Positions 23,180 to 37,295 are shown, numbered from the stretch's first letter. The stretch is 64,000 bases of DNA from Macrostomum lignano (GCA_002269645.1 NIVC01003028.1:1-64000); one strand, 5' to 3'. The notes: generated from the letters alone by a model not told the origin. Made by a program: numbers and translations.

Positions 23180-24106
23180 GCCGCACAGGGTGGACTACTC
23201 GAATTTGGAAATCCATGGGCATCCATGGACTTTACTTGTGCATTGCAGACACTCATTTTTCACTACCCCCGGCCCCAAGTTTCACATTCCCCAAGTCGCT
23301 TCTGGTTTACACAAACCATTTGACTACACAACGATAATTGTTGAATGCGAAGTTAGGAGATTTTCAAGCCGTATATTGGTCATTTGGGAATAGCATGCAC
23401 ACCCTTTAGAAATTCTTGTATTGTTGTGATAAAGTGTGAATGCTATTGTTGTTCGCTAGCACACATTGCATCAGCCATTATCGTCTACCATCTCCACTGA
23501 ACCTCTGCAAGCTTCTGCAAGTTTGTTGTGCAACTTTCTATTTTGTTCTATTTTGCTTGTCTCCAAGCCCAGAGAATCTCAGCGCTTCGTCAATCAATCA
23601 TACGGCAGGTCCCTCGGGCCGGTCGCACACAGCCTCTGCATCTGGCGCTAACCCTTACCCCCCCCCCATCTTGGAATCTGCTGCAACATGTATAGCCAGC
23701 AATTTCCTCGACTTGCACACCACTGTATGGCCTCTCTAAAGTGGCCGAAGGAATTTCCTTCCTTTCTATCCTATTACTGTTGAATGTTGTTTTCAAAAGC
23801 CGTGTACTGTTAGCCTGTGTCTCCCTGTGCGCTAGCCCTGTGCCGCCCCGTGGCCCTTTGTTGAAGCCGAGTGCGAGACGAAAACACAGAAAAATCCTCA
23901 CAGGCTTGCGTCTGCTTCGTTCCTCCGTCCCGTCACCGTCCGCTCCTGTTGCCATTCCAAAAGTTTCGGACCAAGCAAAAATAAAATGGCAAAAACAGCA
24001 AAAATGGGAGACCGAGAGCGCACTAATTTTAATTGCGGATCGTTCTTGGGTTGCTTTTGTCTGCAGCGTTTCGAAAAGAAAGTGCGCAATACTAACGGAA
24101 TGGATT

Positions 24107-24395
24107 GCTAATCTAGCCTACATCACGGATAAAGGAATAGAATGGATTGCTAATCTAGCCTACATCACGGATAAAGGAATAGAATGGATTGCTAATCTAG
24201 CCTACATCACGGATAAAGGAATAGAATGGATTGCTAATCTAGCCTACATCATGGATGCAGGAATAGAATGGATTGCTAATCTAGCCTACATCATGGATGC
24301 AGGAATAGAATGGATTGCTAATCTAGCCTACATCATGGATGCAGGAATAGAATGGATTGCTAATCTAGCCTACATCATGGATGCAGGAATAGAAT
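24107..24395. repeat. 42-bp minisatellite, 7 units in two variant blocks
   Basis: GGAATAGAATGGATTGCTAATCTAGCCTACATCA(C/T)GGAT(AA/GC)A. Confidence 0.95.
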
Positions 24396-25547
24396 TTCGA
24401 TAAATATTCTGCAATGGAATAAACTCAAGTAAAATATTCTGCATTTCTGCTTGTAGATAGTTTAAATATTGTCTTCAAACTGTCACATAGATCAAGCCTA
24501 CTGGCAACGCTTCTGATTGTCACACGCTAGAGCAGATATTTTGACCATAGACTATGGTCTAATATTTATTGGCTCGTATTACGCGTTCAACGATTGCGTG
24601 CAGACAATTTTCGCAGGGAAAAAATATGAATATGAGAAGAACAAGCAAAAAGCGAAACAAATACGACTCAGGTAAGTACAACAAAACGTGGTGAACACAG
24701 ATGTTATTGCCCTGTCACGTATTCCTACTACTTATTGATATTGATCGTGCAATTTGCAAACTGGCAGTTGGAGAACACTGCAGCATTGGTATCCTCACGA
24801 ACAGTTGTTGTCTCGTGGCCGATGATGCTTTTGCTGCTAGTCGAGACGCAGGTACCACTGCTGTTGGCATTCACACCGCGTAGTTCTAACGTAGCCCCCA
24901 CAGTAGTTGCCATGTCTCGAATGGCGCTGTCCCTCTTGCTGATCCGCTGCATGTACGTACATAGCCAGTTAATGCCATCGAGGGATTCTACTGGTAAATG
25001 CTTCCAGGTGATCATCTTTCTCCAGTGTCAAATAAGCTAGCAATGTGTTTGTATTCTCAAAGGCTTCGGACTGCGCTTCTGTCCTCTGCCCAACAAAAGG
25101 CTCGCTTTTTGTTGCAGCTACTTATGTCTATGGTTCAAACCAGACCCTAGACGTCTAATTTTAGACATGCATTGCCGCATATGTAGCAATGCATGATTGT
25201 CACACGCTTCGTGAGTGGCTTGATCAATAGGACAATAATATTGTCTATATGATTTCTGATATAGACAATGCTCGAAGCCACGGTGAATTCGAGCATTGCG
25301 TTGAATCCCTTTTCATCAATTTTGTTCGAACTGAGATATCAATCACGGGACAGCAGGAGTCACTGGCTTGTGTTTTGCATCTGTCGCATCGCATGCTAAA
25401 CAAGGAAAAGTACTTTGACTGACCAACAGAAAATATAAAATGGAAAGTAGCCTTCACTCAAAACATGCACCGAATGCTTAGCTGCAGCTGGCCCAGCAAT
25501 TCCCTCAAGACCGGCCATTATGGGTTTTAGCTCTATCCTACTACTCG

Positions 25548-26125
<578 letters not shown>

Positions 26126-26519
26126 CTATCTACCCGAACCAGCCACCTACTTCTGATGAACTTTACAGGGTCTTTTAAACTCTTTTTAATGGCGTGCGGT
26201 TTTATTTTCAGAGAAGAAATCCTAAAAGCATTGCATTTGCCTTCCAACTGAGTTAGGCGGAACAGGCCACACCTGGCGGCCTGCCTCTGGTACTTAGTGG
26301 AGTGTCAGCCTGTTTGTGCTAAATATAGAAGACAGTATATAGATTTCCTTGCCACCCGTTTTCCATTTAGTTTCATTCTCCCTCTTTAATTTCGCTAAAT
26401 AAAGAGCGGCGGTGCCCGAAACCAGTTGTCTGTGTTTTAGCTTCCCCTTTCCTCCTTTCTCCCCGCTCTTACCTGCCCTCCCCCGCTCTCAATCCGCTCT
26501 ACCTGCCATTAATCGCTTG

Positions 26520-27003
26520 TATCTACCATCTCCCCCTCTACCTATCCTCTCTCCCTCTACCCTCTCTCCCTCTACCTATCCTCTCTCCCTCTACCCTCTC
26601 TCCCTCTACCTACCCTCTCTCCCTCTACCTACCCTCTCTCCCTCTACCTACCCTCTCTCCCTCTACCTACCCTCTCTCCCTCTACCTACCCTCTCTCCCT
26701 CTACCTACCCTCTCTCCCTCTACCTACCCTCTCTCCCTCTACCTACCCTCTCTCCCTCTACCTACCCTCTCTCCCTCTACCTACCCTCTCTCCCTCTACC
26801 TACCCTCTCTCCCTCTACCTACCCTCTCTCCCTCTACCTACCCTCTCTCCCTCTACCTACCCTCTCTCCCTCTACCTACCCTCTCTCCCTCTACCTACCC
26901 TCTCTCCCTCTACCTACCCTCTCTCCCTCTACCTACCCTCTCTCCCTCTACCTACCCTCTCTCCCTCTACCTACCCTCTCTCCCTCTACCTACCCTCTCT
27001 CCC
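26520..27003. repeat. 19-bp minisatellite (CCCTCTACCTACCCTCTCT)
   Basis: About 24 units. Confidence 0.95.
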
Positions 27004-27408
27004 CTGTATCTAACTCTCCCTAAATTTACTCTCTATCGCTTTCTATCTAAACCGCAGACACCTGTCGAAAAATATCCGGCATTCTTGCTGACTTTCGTGT
27101 TTTTTTCTACAAAATTATACAATTATGTAAAAACAACGCAAGAAGTGAAGCTCCTTGCAGCATAAATGATGCTCATTAAGGAGATCTCGCAGAATGTGAT
27201 TTGAAAATTCACATTCATGCCCACACACACGCACACTTGTTGATGTTGCTTCAGTAGATTTCCAGAATCTTCCCAGTTCTTAGCTCCATCTGTTATTATT
27301 TTTTGCTAGCTAGTAATGTCAACTATTTTAGGCCTCCTTCATGACACTTTTTTTACCCGCTCATGTCTACCCCCATCCTTGAGACTTCTTGAGCAGCATA
27401 CTACTTCC

Positions 27409-28075
27409 CTGACTGAGCAGCCTTGTCACTCTTCCTACTCATTCTTACTGACTGAGCAGCCTTGTCACTCTTCCTACTCATTCTCACTGACTGAGCAGCC
27501 TTGTCACTCTTCCTACTCATTCTCACTGACTGAGCAGCCTTGTCACTCTTCCTACTCATTCTCACTGACTGAGCAGCCTTGTCACTCTTCCTACTCATTC
27601 TCACTGACTGAGCAGCCTTGTCACTCTTCCTACTCATTCTCACTGACTGAGCAGCCTTGTCACTCTTCCTACTCATTCTCACTGACTGAGCAGCCTTGTC
27701 ACTCTTCCTACTCATTCTCACTGGCTGAGCAGCCTTGTCACTTGTCACTCTTCCTACTTATTCTCACTGACTGAGCAGCCTTGTCACTTTTCCTACTCAT
27801 TCTCACTGACTGAGCAGCCTTGTCACTCCTACTCATTCTCACTGACTGAGCAGCCTTGTCACTCTTCCTACTCATTCTCACTGACTGAGCAGCCTTGTCA
27901 CTCTTCCTACTCATTCTCACTGACTGAGCAGCCTTGTCACTCTTCCTACTCATTCTCACTGACCGAGCAGCCTTGTCACTCTTCCTACTCATTCTCACTG
28001 ACTGAGCAGCCTTGTCACTCTTCCTACTCATTCTCACTGACCGAGCAGCCTTGTCACTCTTCCTACTCATTCTTG
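27409..28075. repeat. 39-bp minisatellite just 3' of the Hox stop codon
   Basis: CTGACTGAGCAGCCTTGTCACTCTTCCTACTCATTCTCA, about 17 units. Confidence 0.96.
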
Positions 28076-28224
28076 TCACACCATCCATTGAAGTCGTTTA
28101 TTCGACTGCAGTCTCTCATCTTCAAACAATCAATGTTAAAGGGCAATCAAAATCAAGATTTGACAGATACAAAAATAAAAAAATTCCTCAAGATAAAGCA
28201 GCAGAGTCCAAAAGAGTCAGCTTA

Positions 28225-28499
28225 TCATCCAACCGTGAGCCGTTCGTCCTGGATGTCAGCCTTCGTCATCTCTTGAGCGCAATTAAGCTCCCTAATCCGC
28301 ATTCGATGCCTTTTAAGCTTCATCCGGCGATTTTGAAACCAGATTTTCACCTGCCGCTCTGTCATGCCCAGCCAGGTGGACAGCTCTGCCCGCCTGTCCC
28401 TGCTCAGGTACCGGCTCAGCTGGAATTCCTTTTCCAGTTCGAGCGTCTGCTGCTGACTGTACGTGCGGCGACCGCCGGAACGACTCGCTGAATTCGGGC
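28225..28499 (-). CDS. Hox gene exon 2: homeodomain plus UbdA-like peptide (Lox2/Lox4, Hox6-8 group)
   Basis: ctactgcag|GC CCG AAT TCA; translates (G)[72 protein letters not shown]...TVG*. Confidence 0.93.
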
Positions 28500-28574
28500 C
28501 TGCAGTAGCGGCGAGGAGGTGGCGGCTTCAGCTGCTGGCTCATTGGGGATCGCGGGGAGAGAAAAAGGGAGGTG

Positions 28575-29010
28575 GAGAAGGTTATCGGGATAGTGGGGAG
28601 GGTAGAGGGAGAGAGGAGAGAGGGAGAGGGAATGGAGAGGTGAGAGAGGAGAGATAAGAGGTGCAGAAGGTTATCGGGATAGTGGGGAGGGTAGAGGGAG
28701 AGAGGAGAGAGGGAGAGGGAATGGAGAGGTGAGAGAGGAGAGATAAGAGGTGCAGAAGGTTATCGGGATAGTGGAGAAAGAGAGTGGAGAGGGAGAGAGG
28801 GAGGTGAGAGGGGGAGGGATGGAAGTGGGGAGAGGGGAAAGATAGGAAGAGTGGAGAGAAGTGAGGTAGAGCGAGAGAGGAGAGAGGGGAGAGATGAGAG
28901 GTTGAGAAGGTTATCGGGATAGTGGAGAAAGAGAGAGTGGAGCGGGAGAGAGGGGTGAGGGGAGAGGGGAGAAGGGAGAGAAGGGGAGAAGGGATGGAAG
29001 ATAAAAGGGG
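28575..29010. repeat. Purine-rich repeat in Hox intron with four GAAGGTTATCGGGATAGTGG anchors
   Basis: Direct inspection. Confidence 0.8.
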
Positions 29011-29564
29011 GAATAAAAAGAAGGCACAGAGAAGGAAGAAGATAAGAAAGTAGAGAGGAGAGCATGAGTGCTGATCACGCGAACCCCTCGTGCACATGAG
29101 AGAGACGCAGCAATGCCACTCAAATTCGTAAATATTTTGCAAGCCCTGAAAAAGACAGAATGACATAAATTGTTTAAAAAGTCCAACAGACTAATAGCCT
29201 ACAATCATTACAATCCGCCTCCGTGAAGCACAGTTGTCTTTTTCCTACGTATAAATCATCGCAGAAGCCTGCAATCTGCTCGTTTGCCAGTCAGTGGGTT
29301 GCAATTTTCCAAATTGCAGTACTTCAAGGCCTCAGACCCCTCAGGCTGGGCTGATTAAAACCGGACTCCTCAGTTCTAGGGCTTTAATTTCAATGCGACT
29401 GACTTACACGTTAGTTTAACAAAACTTGTTTTTCAAGTTGCGTAAAAATATTGACAAAAAATATGTTTTTTCTATCCGAATCTTGGCATGATAATTAACC
29501 CTCTGTGACTTTTTGCCAACTGCCCAGCTGACAAGGGAAAATTATTGACTGACAAATTTTGACT

Positions 29565-29860
29565 GGCAATACACCCAACCCCTCACCGACAATAACACCC
29601 AACCCCTCACCGACAATAACACCCAAACCCCTCACCGACAATAACACCCAACCCCTCACTGACAATAACACCCAAACCCCTCACCGGCAATACACCCAAC
29701 CCCTCACCGACAATAACACCCAACCCCTCACCGACAATAACACCCAAACCCCTCACCGGCAATACACCCAACCCCTCACCGACAATAACACCCAAACCCC
29801 TCACCGGCAATACACCAAACCCCTCACCGACAATAACACCCAAACCCCTCACCGACAACC
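29565..29860. repeat. 22-25-bp minisatellite built from the Hox exon 1 splice donor
   Basis: Minus-strand unit TTGTCG|GTGAGGGGTT(T)GGGTGT(T)A, 12 GTGAG donors including the real one. Confidence 0.92.
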
Positions 29861-30141
29861 GCCATCCAAGGCCAGCAGTTGTCATCGTTGGTTTCAACGA
29901 GCTTCTGCTGCCGTTTGTCTGCAGCCGCACAGCTGTTGCCATTTTCCGTCAAGCTTTCGAAATCTTCGCGCTGCTCACTCGCCAAAGTACCGGCAGATGC
30001 AGCAGCACCCACAACACCACACTGTGCGCCAGGCCAGGAGCAGCTCTGCTCGATATTTTGTCGACAAAATGTGCCAATACTGCTAAAGCCGCACTCCAGA
30101 CAGTTCGTGAAGACGCGACCACCTTCGCTTAGTTGTTGCAT
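29853..30141 (-). CDS. Hox gene exon 1 ending in hexapeptide CWPWMAVV(G)
   Basis: ATG at 30141; ends GTC G|gtgagg phase 1, matching the phase-1 acceptor at 28499; gives WMAVVGPNS linker; 187 aa total. Confidence 0.85.
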
Positions 30142-30674
30142 TTCTCTGCTTTTTTTGAGGCTCTTCTCTTCTCTTTCTCGCCTATTTTAAATAGGGAAGG
30201 TGCAGCGGCAAATTTTGGCATTTTCTGTTTTACAGAAGAAACGAAAAGTTTCAGCTTGGCTTCAAGGTTAACGACCCCAAGTCTGGCGTGTAAAACTGAG
30301 CTGTCACAGAAAAAGAGAGAGGGAATTTATTGCAGGCTCTGGTCCTTTGACCCAGGTTGGGCAATAATTCTATTCTGTTTATTGCCTCTCCCTTCGGCGT
30401 TGGTTTCTCCGTTTATCGATTTTCTTTTAGAAGAACAGTGGCTTTGCTGCGTACTTTGTTAATTAAAATCTATCTTGAAATTTTGCAGAAAAGGTTTTAT
30501 GTTTTATTTTGTGACAGAACATAATGCTCTGGCATAGAAGTTGGTTTACTAATAGTTAGACGTGGTGCAAATAAATATATAGGAGATTTAAGGTGCTAAT
30601 ATATGGTATAATTGTTCTTTAAAATTTACGCTTTGAGTAAATAGGAAAAAAGTTTTTCACTATCAATTAATAAT

Positions 30675-32562
30675 TGGAGGGCTGATTTGGAGAGGTTGCA
30701 TTTTGGGGGGTTGATTTAGAGGGGGTTGCATTTTGGGGAGTTGATTAAGAGGGGATTGCATTGTGGGGGGTTGATTTAGAGGGGTTGCATTGTGGGGGGT
30801 TGATTTAGAGGGGATTGCATTTTGGGGAGTTGATTAAGAGGGGATTGCATTGTGGGGGGTTGATTAAGAGGGGGTTGCATTGTGGGGGTTGATTTAGAGG
30901 GGTTGCATTGTGGGGAGTTGATTAAGAGGGGTTGCATTGTGGGGGGTTGATTTAGAGGGGATTGCATTGTGGGGGGTTGATTTAGAGGGGGTTGCATTTT
31001 GGGGAGTTGATTAAGAGGGGATTGCATTGTGGGGGGTTGATTTAGAGGGGATTGCATTGTGGGGGGTTGATTTAGAGGGGATTGCATTGTGGGGGGTTGA
31101 TTTAGAGGGGGTTGCATTTTGGGGAGTTGATTAAGAGGGGTTGCATTGTGGGGGTTGATTTAGAGGGGATTGCATTGTGGGGGGTTGATTTAGAGGGGGT
31201 TGCATTGTGGGGGGGTTGATTTAGAGGGGTTGCATTGTGGGGCGTTGATTTAGAGGGGGTTGCATTGTGGGGGGGTTGATTTAGAGGGGGTTGCATTGTG
31301 GGGGTTGATTTAGAGGGGTTGCATTGTGGGGGGTTGATTTAGAGGGTTGCATTGTGGGGGGTTGATTTAGAGGGGGTTGCATTGTGGGGGGTTGATTTAG
31401 AGGGGTTGCATTGTGGGGGGTTGATTTAGAGGGGGTTGCATTGTGGGGGGGTTGATTTAGAGGGGTTGCATTGTGGGGGGTTAATTTAGAGGGGGTTGCA
31501 TTGTGGGGGGTTGATTTAGAGGGGTTGCATTGTGGGGGGTTGATTTAGAGGGGTTGCATTGTAGGGGTTGATTTAGAGGGGGTTGCATTGTGGGGGGTTG
31601 ATTTAGAGGGGGTTGCATTGTGGGGGGGTGATTTGGGGGGGGTTGCATTGTGGGGGGTTGATTTAGAGGGGTTGCATTGTGGGGGGTTGATTTAGAGGGG
31701 TTGCATTGTGGGGGGTTGATTTAGAGGGGGTTGCATTGTGGGGGGTTGATTTAGAGGGGTTGCATTGTGGGGGTTGATTTAGAGGGGTTGTATTGTGGGG
31801 GATTGATTTAGAGGGGTTGCATTGTGGGGGTTGATTTAGAGGGGGTTGCATTGTGGGGGGTTGATTTAGAGGGGATTGCATTGTGGGGGGTTGATTTAGA
31901 GGGGGTTGCATTGTGGGGGGGTTGATTTAGAGGGGATTGCATTGTGGGGGTTGATTTAGAGGGGGTTGCATTGTGGGGGGTTGATTTAGAGGGGATTGCA
32001 TTGTGTGGGGTTGATTTAGAGGGGGTTGCATTGTGGGGGGTTGATTTAGAGGGGGTTGCATTGTGGGGGGGTTGATTTAGAGGGGATTGCATTGTGGGGG
32101 TTGATTTAGAGGGGGTTGCATTGTGGGGGGGTGATTTGGGGGGTTGCATTGTGGGGGGTTGATTTGGGGGGTTGCATTGTGGGGGGTTGATTTGGGGGGG
32201 GGTTGCATTGGGTGGGTGTTGATTTGGAGGGGTTACATTGGGGGTTGATTTAGAGGGGTTGCATTGTGGGGCGTTGATTTAGAGGGGTTGCATTGTGGGG
32301 GGTTGATTTGGGGGGGGTTGCATTGTGGGGGTTGATTTGGGGGGGGTTGCATTGTGGGGGTTGATTTAGAGGGGTTGCATTGTGGGGGTTGATTTAGAGG
32401 GGGTTGCATTGTGGGGGTTGATTTAGAGGGGGTTGCATTGTGGGGGTTGATTTAGAGGGGGTTGCATTGTGGGGGGTTGATTTAGAGGGGGTTGCATTGT
32501 GGGGGGTTGATTTAGAGGGGGTCGCATTGTGGGGGGGTTGATTTAGAGGGGGTTGCATTGGA
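30675..32562. repeat. G-rich 28-31-bp minisatellite (GGGGGGTTGATTTAGAGGGGGTTGCATTGT)
   Basis: About 60 units, two G-runs per unit. Confidence 0.97.
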
Positions 32563-32721
32563 GGTTGAACTATGGTTGAATTAGAGGCGTTGAATTGGGG
32601 ATTCTGAAAAATTAATCAAATTATTGGTGATATAAGCTAAAGCTTTTGCTCAGTTCAGTCTGACAGTGAAAATAATAAATTTAAAACAAGCGAGAACAGG
32701 CGAGTCGCGGTTTCCAAAGCT

Positions 32722-34630
32722 TCACAGCTCGCACTCCCGCTCCATCTGGCTCAGCATCTCGATGCAGCGGCGCAGCGCGGCTGGATCCCGGCTCCAGCTG
32801 CCAGTCAGGTGCAGCTCCTCGGGCTCCGGGTCCTCGGCCAGCCTGAGTAGCCATTCGGCCTCGCCGACAGGGCGTCGAGCTCCGGGCGGCAGCAGCTGCA
32901 GGCAGAGCGCCCGCCACAGGCAGGTGAAGTTGCACATGTACAGCTGGTGCCTCTCGGACAGGCAGGTGGGGAAATGCCGTCTGGCCAGGTGCGGCAGGTA
33001 GTCAAAGCTCGGCCGTCGTCGGAACCGGAAGCAGAATCGGCCAGCAACGGCGGCCGGAAACTGTGCGGCGGCTTCGGACAGGCGGCGTGGATCGACCCCG
33101 GCGCCGGCTGCCACAGCGTCGGCCGCGGCTGCATCCAGACCGCGCCGAAGGTCGATCGGGCGCCAGTCTTCTGCTGGCGACGCGGAGAGCGCGCGCCTGG
33201 CGGCGCCCTCGTCACCAAAGCGCAGATGAGTCATGGCAGTCAGGCAGACGGCGGCAAGTCCGCAGTTCGGTTCCAGCTGCTCCAGCTGACGCAGCAGCCC
33301 CGCTCGGTCGGAGGCGGCCCCGATGGCGCCGCCGCTGTCGTCAAGCGACTCCAGGCAGCGGTGCACGAAGCTGTACCAGCTGGGCGGAAAATTTGATCGA
33401 AGCCGCAACAGCGGCGGCTCTGGCGAGGCCGGCAGCAGGGCGAACGGCTGGAACAGCAGCGGGGGACTGTCGGGGCTCGGCAGCGGGCGCACCGTGTCGG
33501 AGGCGAGGCGCCACAGTCGGCCAGGGTTGGCGAGCAGCTCGGCGAGGGCTTCCACGGCGCGCGACTTTGCCAGCAGCGAGTCCGCCTCCGGCCCGTCGAA
33601 GCGCAGCCACCACCAGTCGTCAGCATTGGATGCTTCGGGCTCCTCTGCTGCGGTCGAAACCGCCCCAGCTGTAGCCTCTACGGCGCCGACTGGGGCGAAG
33701 AACTGCGGCAGGCTGAGGCCGGGCCGGGCATCGCTTGCCAGCAGGCGGTCCAGCAGCCGCAGAGCCTCCTTGACCCGCTGAACCAACCGCTCCTCCTCTG
33801 GCCAGTCCGAGCAGACGCGGCTCGATTCGACGCCTGCGGCCAGCGCGTGAAACAACAGCTGCTTGGCGTGCCGCGAGCCCAGGCCCGGAATCAGGCGGCC
33901 GCAGGCCAGCTTCAGCAGCAGGAACAGGCGGCCCTGCGCGGTCGTCAGTTGGCGCATCGCCGCCCGCTCCGCCAGGCAGCAGTCCGGCCGGAGGCGGCCA
34001 TCAGCCCAGCGGACCAGCAGCAGCGGCGGCGGCGGCGGCGGCTTCGACGTCCTCCGATCCGCCGGTTTTTTGCTGGGCCGCCTCTGTGGCGGCGCCCGCT
34101 TCGCCGGCTCGTTGCCATTGGAAACGGCGAAGCCAGCGCTGCTGTTGTTGCCGTCGCCGCATGGGCAGCAGCAGTGGAAGGCTGTCCACTCGCGCTGAGC
34201 TGGCCGAGACAAAGTGGCCGGCGGTCCCGACTGCGGCGACGGTGTTGCCGACTGGCTGGCCGGCGAGCTCCGGCTGCCTCGGCGCCGCCCGGCGCAGCTG
34301 CACAGACCTTCGGGATGGAGCAGCGACTGCCGAGCGCTGCCGCCTCGGCGCTCTCCGCCGCCGTTTCCCGTGCCATCGGTGTCCGGCAGCAGCAGCCAGT
34401 TGATGTCGGTGCGCGGCCCGGGCCGGCCGCTGGCCTGCACAATGTTGGCGCCCCAGCCGTCGGCGAGGCTGCCAACCAGCAGGCGCTCGTCCTGCGTGAC
34501 GTCCCTGCCGAGCTCCTCCAGGCAGTCGGCGAGGCCGCAGAGCCGCCCGATCCGCTCCGAGTTGAATCCGGCCAGCGACAGCAGGCGGTTGAGCCGGCGA
34601 CTGAGTTGGCGTTCCGCCTGCTCCACCGAA
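32722..34630 (-). CDS. Terminal exon of a Mab-21/cGAS-like (cGLR) nucleotidyltransferase-fold gene, catalytically degenerate
   Basis: C12-TGTAG| acceptor (no ATG; the ORF-track start is GTG); LLVGSLADG..TDINW; AERAAMRQLTTAQGRLFLLLK, SRHAKQLLF and LPQFFAP resemble the Mab-21 C-lobe. Confidence 0.7.
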
Positions 34631-35165
34631 CTACAGGGGGGGGGGGGTGCAATGCGCGGGTTAAGTCAGTTTTTCTGAGGTTAGTCAGTTCCTCTGACAA
34701 ACAGTTCCACAAAGTTCGAGGCTCTGTGCTTGTCTGTATACGCAGGTTTTTACATCAACATCTAAAATTGTTGCGCATTCACTCTTTTGGCTAACTTTTA
34801 GCGGAATCGAGTCGGAGACTTTGCCAGGCGAAACTGCCCCTAAAAGCAAAAAAACTCTAGCGTGGGGAATTAATACCGAACTCTTCCCGGAGCCTGCTGC
34901 AGACAGCCGATGCTCTTCAACTGACACCTAGAAGAACTTCTAAGGGAACGCAGTCCGGTCATCGAATGTCCGGTTTGCAGCTTCAAATTTTTTAATGATT
35001 TTTCTCTCCTTCCCTTAAGCCTCCCGTTCGAATCACATCCCTGCTAGCACAATTTTTTAATTCGAAGTAGAATTAAACGGATTTAAAAGGGGATCATGCT
35101 AAGGTGTGAGTTTTTAGTTGAGTTTGCCTCCCACAGTCGGTCCGCGTGCTGATTCCGCTAACGCC

Positions 35166-35473
35166 TGATAATAATAATAACTGATTAACCTGCCCCAATG
35201 GCCAGATGTGGAACCGACAGCTCAGCCGCAGCTATTGCACGTCTCATCTGAAGGCTGCGTACGGCTGTTCAGTCCAAGGACTGGTGGGGGGCCGCCGCAC
35301 ACACCCTCAATTACCCCAGCTAATGCTGGCACCCATTTTACAGCTGGGTGAACTGAAGTAATGCAGATTTGAGTGTCTTGCTCAAGGACACAAAGTGTTA
35401 CGAGTGGATTGAGAATCGAACCCCCGACCTTTCAGTCGTGAGTCCGACGCTCTAACCACTCTGCTACAACCCC
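35166..35473 (-). mobile_element. tRNA-derived CORE-type SINE
   Basis: A/B boxes, CORE-like TGTCCTTGAGCAAGACACT...GTAAAATGGG, (TTA)n tail; homologous to 62277-62572. Confidence 0.85.
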
Positions 35474-35549
35474 TGAACATACTCGAGAACCAGACGCGTC
35501 ACCACTGGAGCTGCTCTGCCCACCACCGCCCCGCTGCTGGGCAATTCAA

Positions 35550-36187
<638 letters not shown>

Positions 36188-36205
36188 CCATTATATCCAG
36201 CTCAC

Positions 36206-37108
36206 ACAGCCAGCCGGCCGCACAGCCACAGCGAGTTCTCGCACGGCACGAGGAGGCAGCGCAGTCGGAGTGCCTGACCGCTGCCAGTCGACAGGCGAAG
36301 CAGCGACCGGATTAGCGGATCTGGCGAGGCCGCTGCCGCTTTGGGGGCTACCGGAAGTTGGCGGCTCGGCTGCTGGCAGTCGAACTGAACAACGCTGACT
36401 CTGGGAGCCGCTAAGGTCGCCGCCTCGCTCCGGCGGACAATCCGAATTCCGCTGATGTCGTGTCCGGACAGGCGGCCAAAGCCAACTACCTCTCCTGTTC
36501 CGGTTCCGCTTCCGGTTCCCCTTCTGTTGTCACTCTTGTGTTCGGTTTTACTTTCTCGTCTGTTTACTTTCCTATGGTCGCTTCCGGCTGCGCTGACTCG
36601 TTTACTGCTTCGCCTTCTGCTTTCGCTCCGTTTTCTTTTGCTGTCGCTTTCGGTTTGATTTCCGGTTCTGGTTCCGTCCGCTACTTCCGGAGGCCAGGCC
36701 AATTCGCTCTCGCTGACCAGAGCCACGAGAGCGCCGCTGCCTCGGCACTGCTCGATGCCGCGCTGCAGATCCCGCTCGCTGCCGGCCGGATCGGCTGGTC
36801 GGTAGTGCACGCAGGACGCCGGCTGCCACGGCCCGCCGCCGCCGCCACCCGCGCGGCTGATTCTCAGGCTGAGCTGATCGAACTGGTCCGTAGAGCCGCA
36901 CACGACCAGCTCACTTCCGGTTAGCTCGGCTCCGAGCTCAGCATCCGCATAGTCCGATTCCTCATCCTGAGCGGCAGTGTCCACCTCGTCGGCCGCATTA
37001 TTGGTCCTGGCGTAGAAGGTCAGGCAGGCGAAGGTGACCACCAGGTGCAGAGTTGCCAGACGATAGCGTCGCTGTCTTCGATGCTGCAGCGGCTGCGGCT
37101 CTGGAGTC
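36206..37108 (-). CDS. Middle exon (903 nt, phase 2-2) of the Mab-21-like gene
   Basis: ctccag|G ACT ... GCT GT|gtgagc; open throughout, GC-rich; joins the 34630 acceptor in frame. Confidence 0.6.
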
Positions 37109-37166
37109 CTGGAGTTTTAAAGACTGATATTGAAATTTTAAAGCTTGCGAAAATTTTAATAGTCTC

Positions 37167-37169
37167 ACC

Positions 37170-37228
<59 letters not shown>

Positions 37229-37295
37229 AAACAACAACAACAACAACAGCAACAACAACAATAACAGCAACAACAACAACAACAGCAACAATAAT

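Noticed and set aside
23741-24403. 220-aa ORF with GIEWIANLAY repeats
   Set aside because: GTG start; openness largely explained by the 42-bp array.
26150-26200. CTGATGA as a hammerhead ribozyme core (also 17972)
   Set aside because: No downstream GAAA or flanking stems.
28313-28543. 76-aa [11 protein letters not shown]...
   Set aside because: Alternative frame over the homeobox exon; its ATG lies in the intron.
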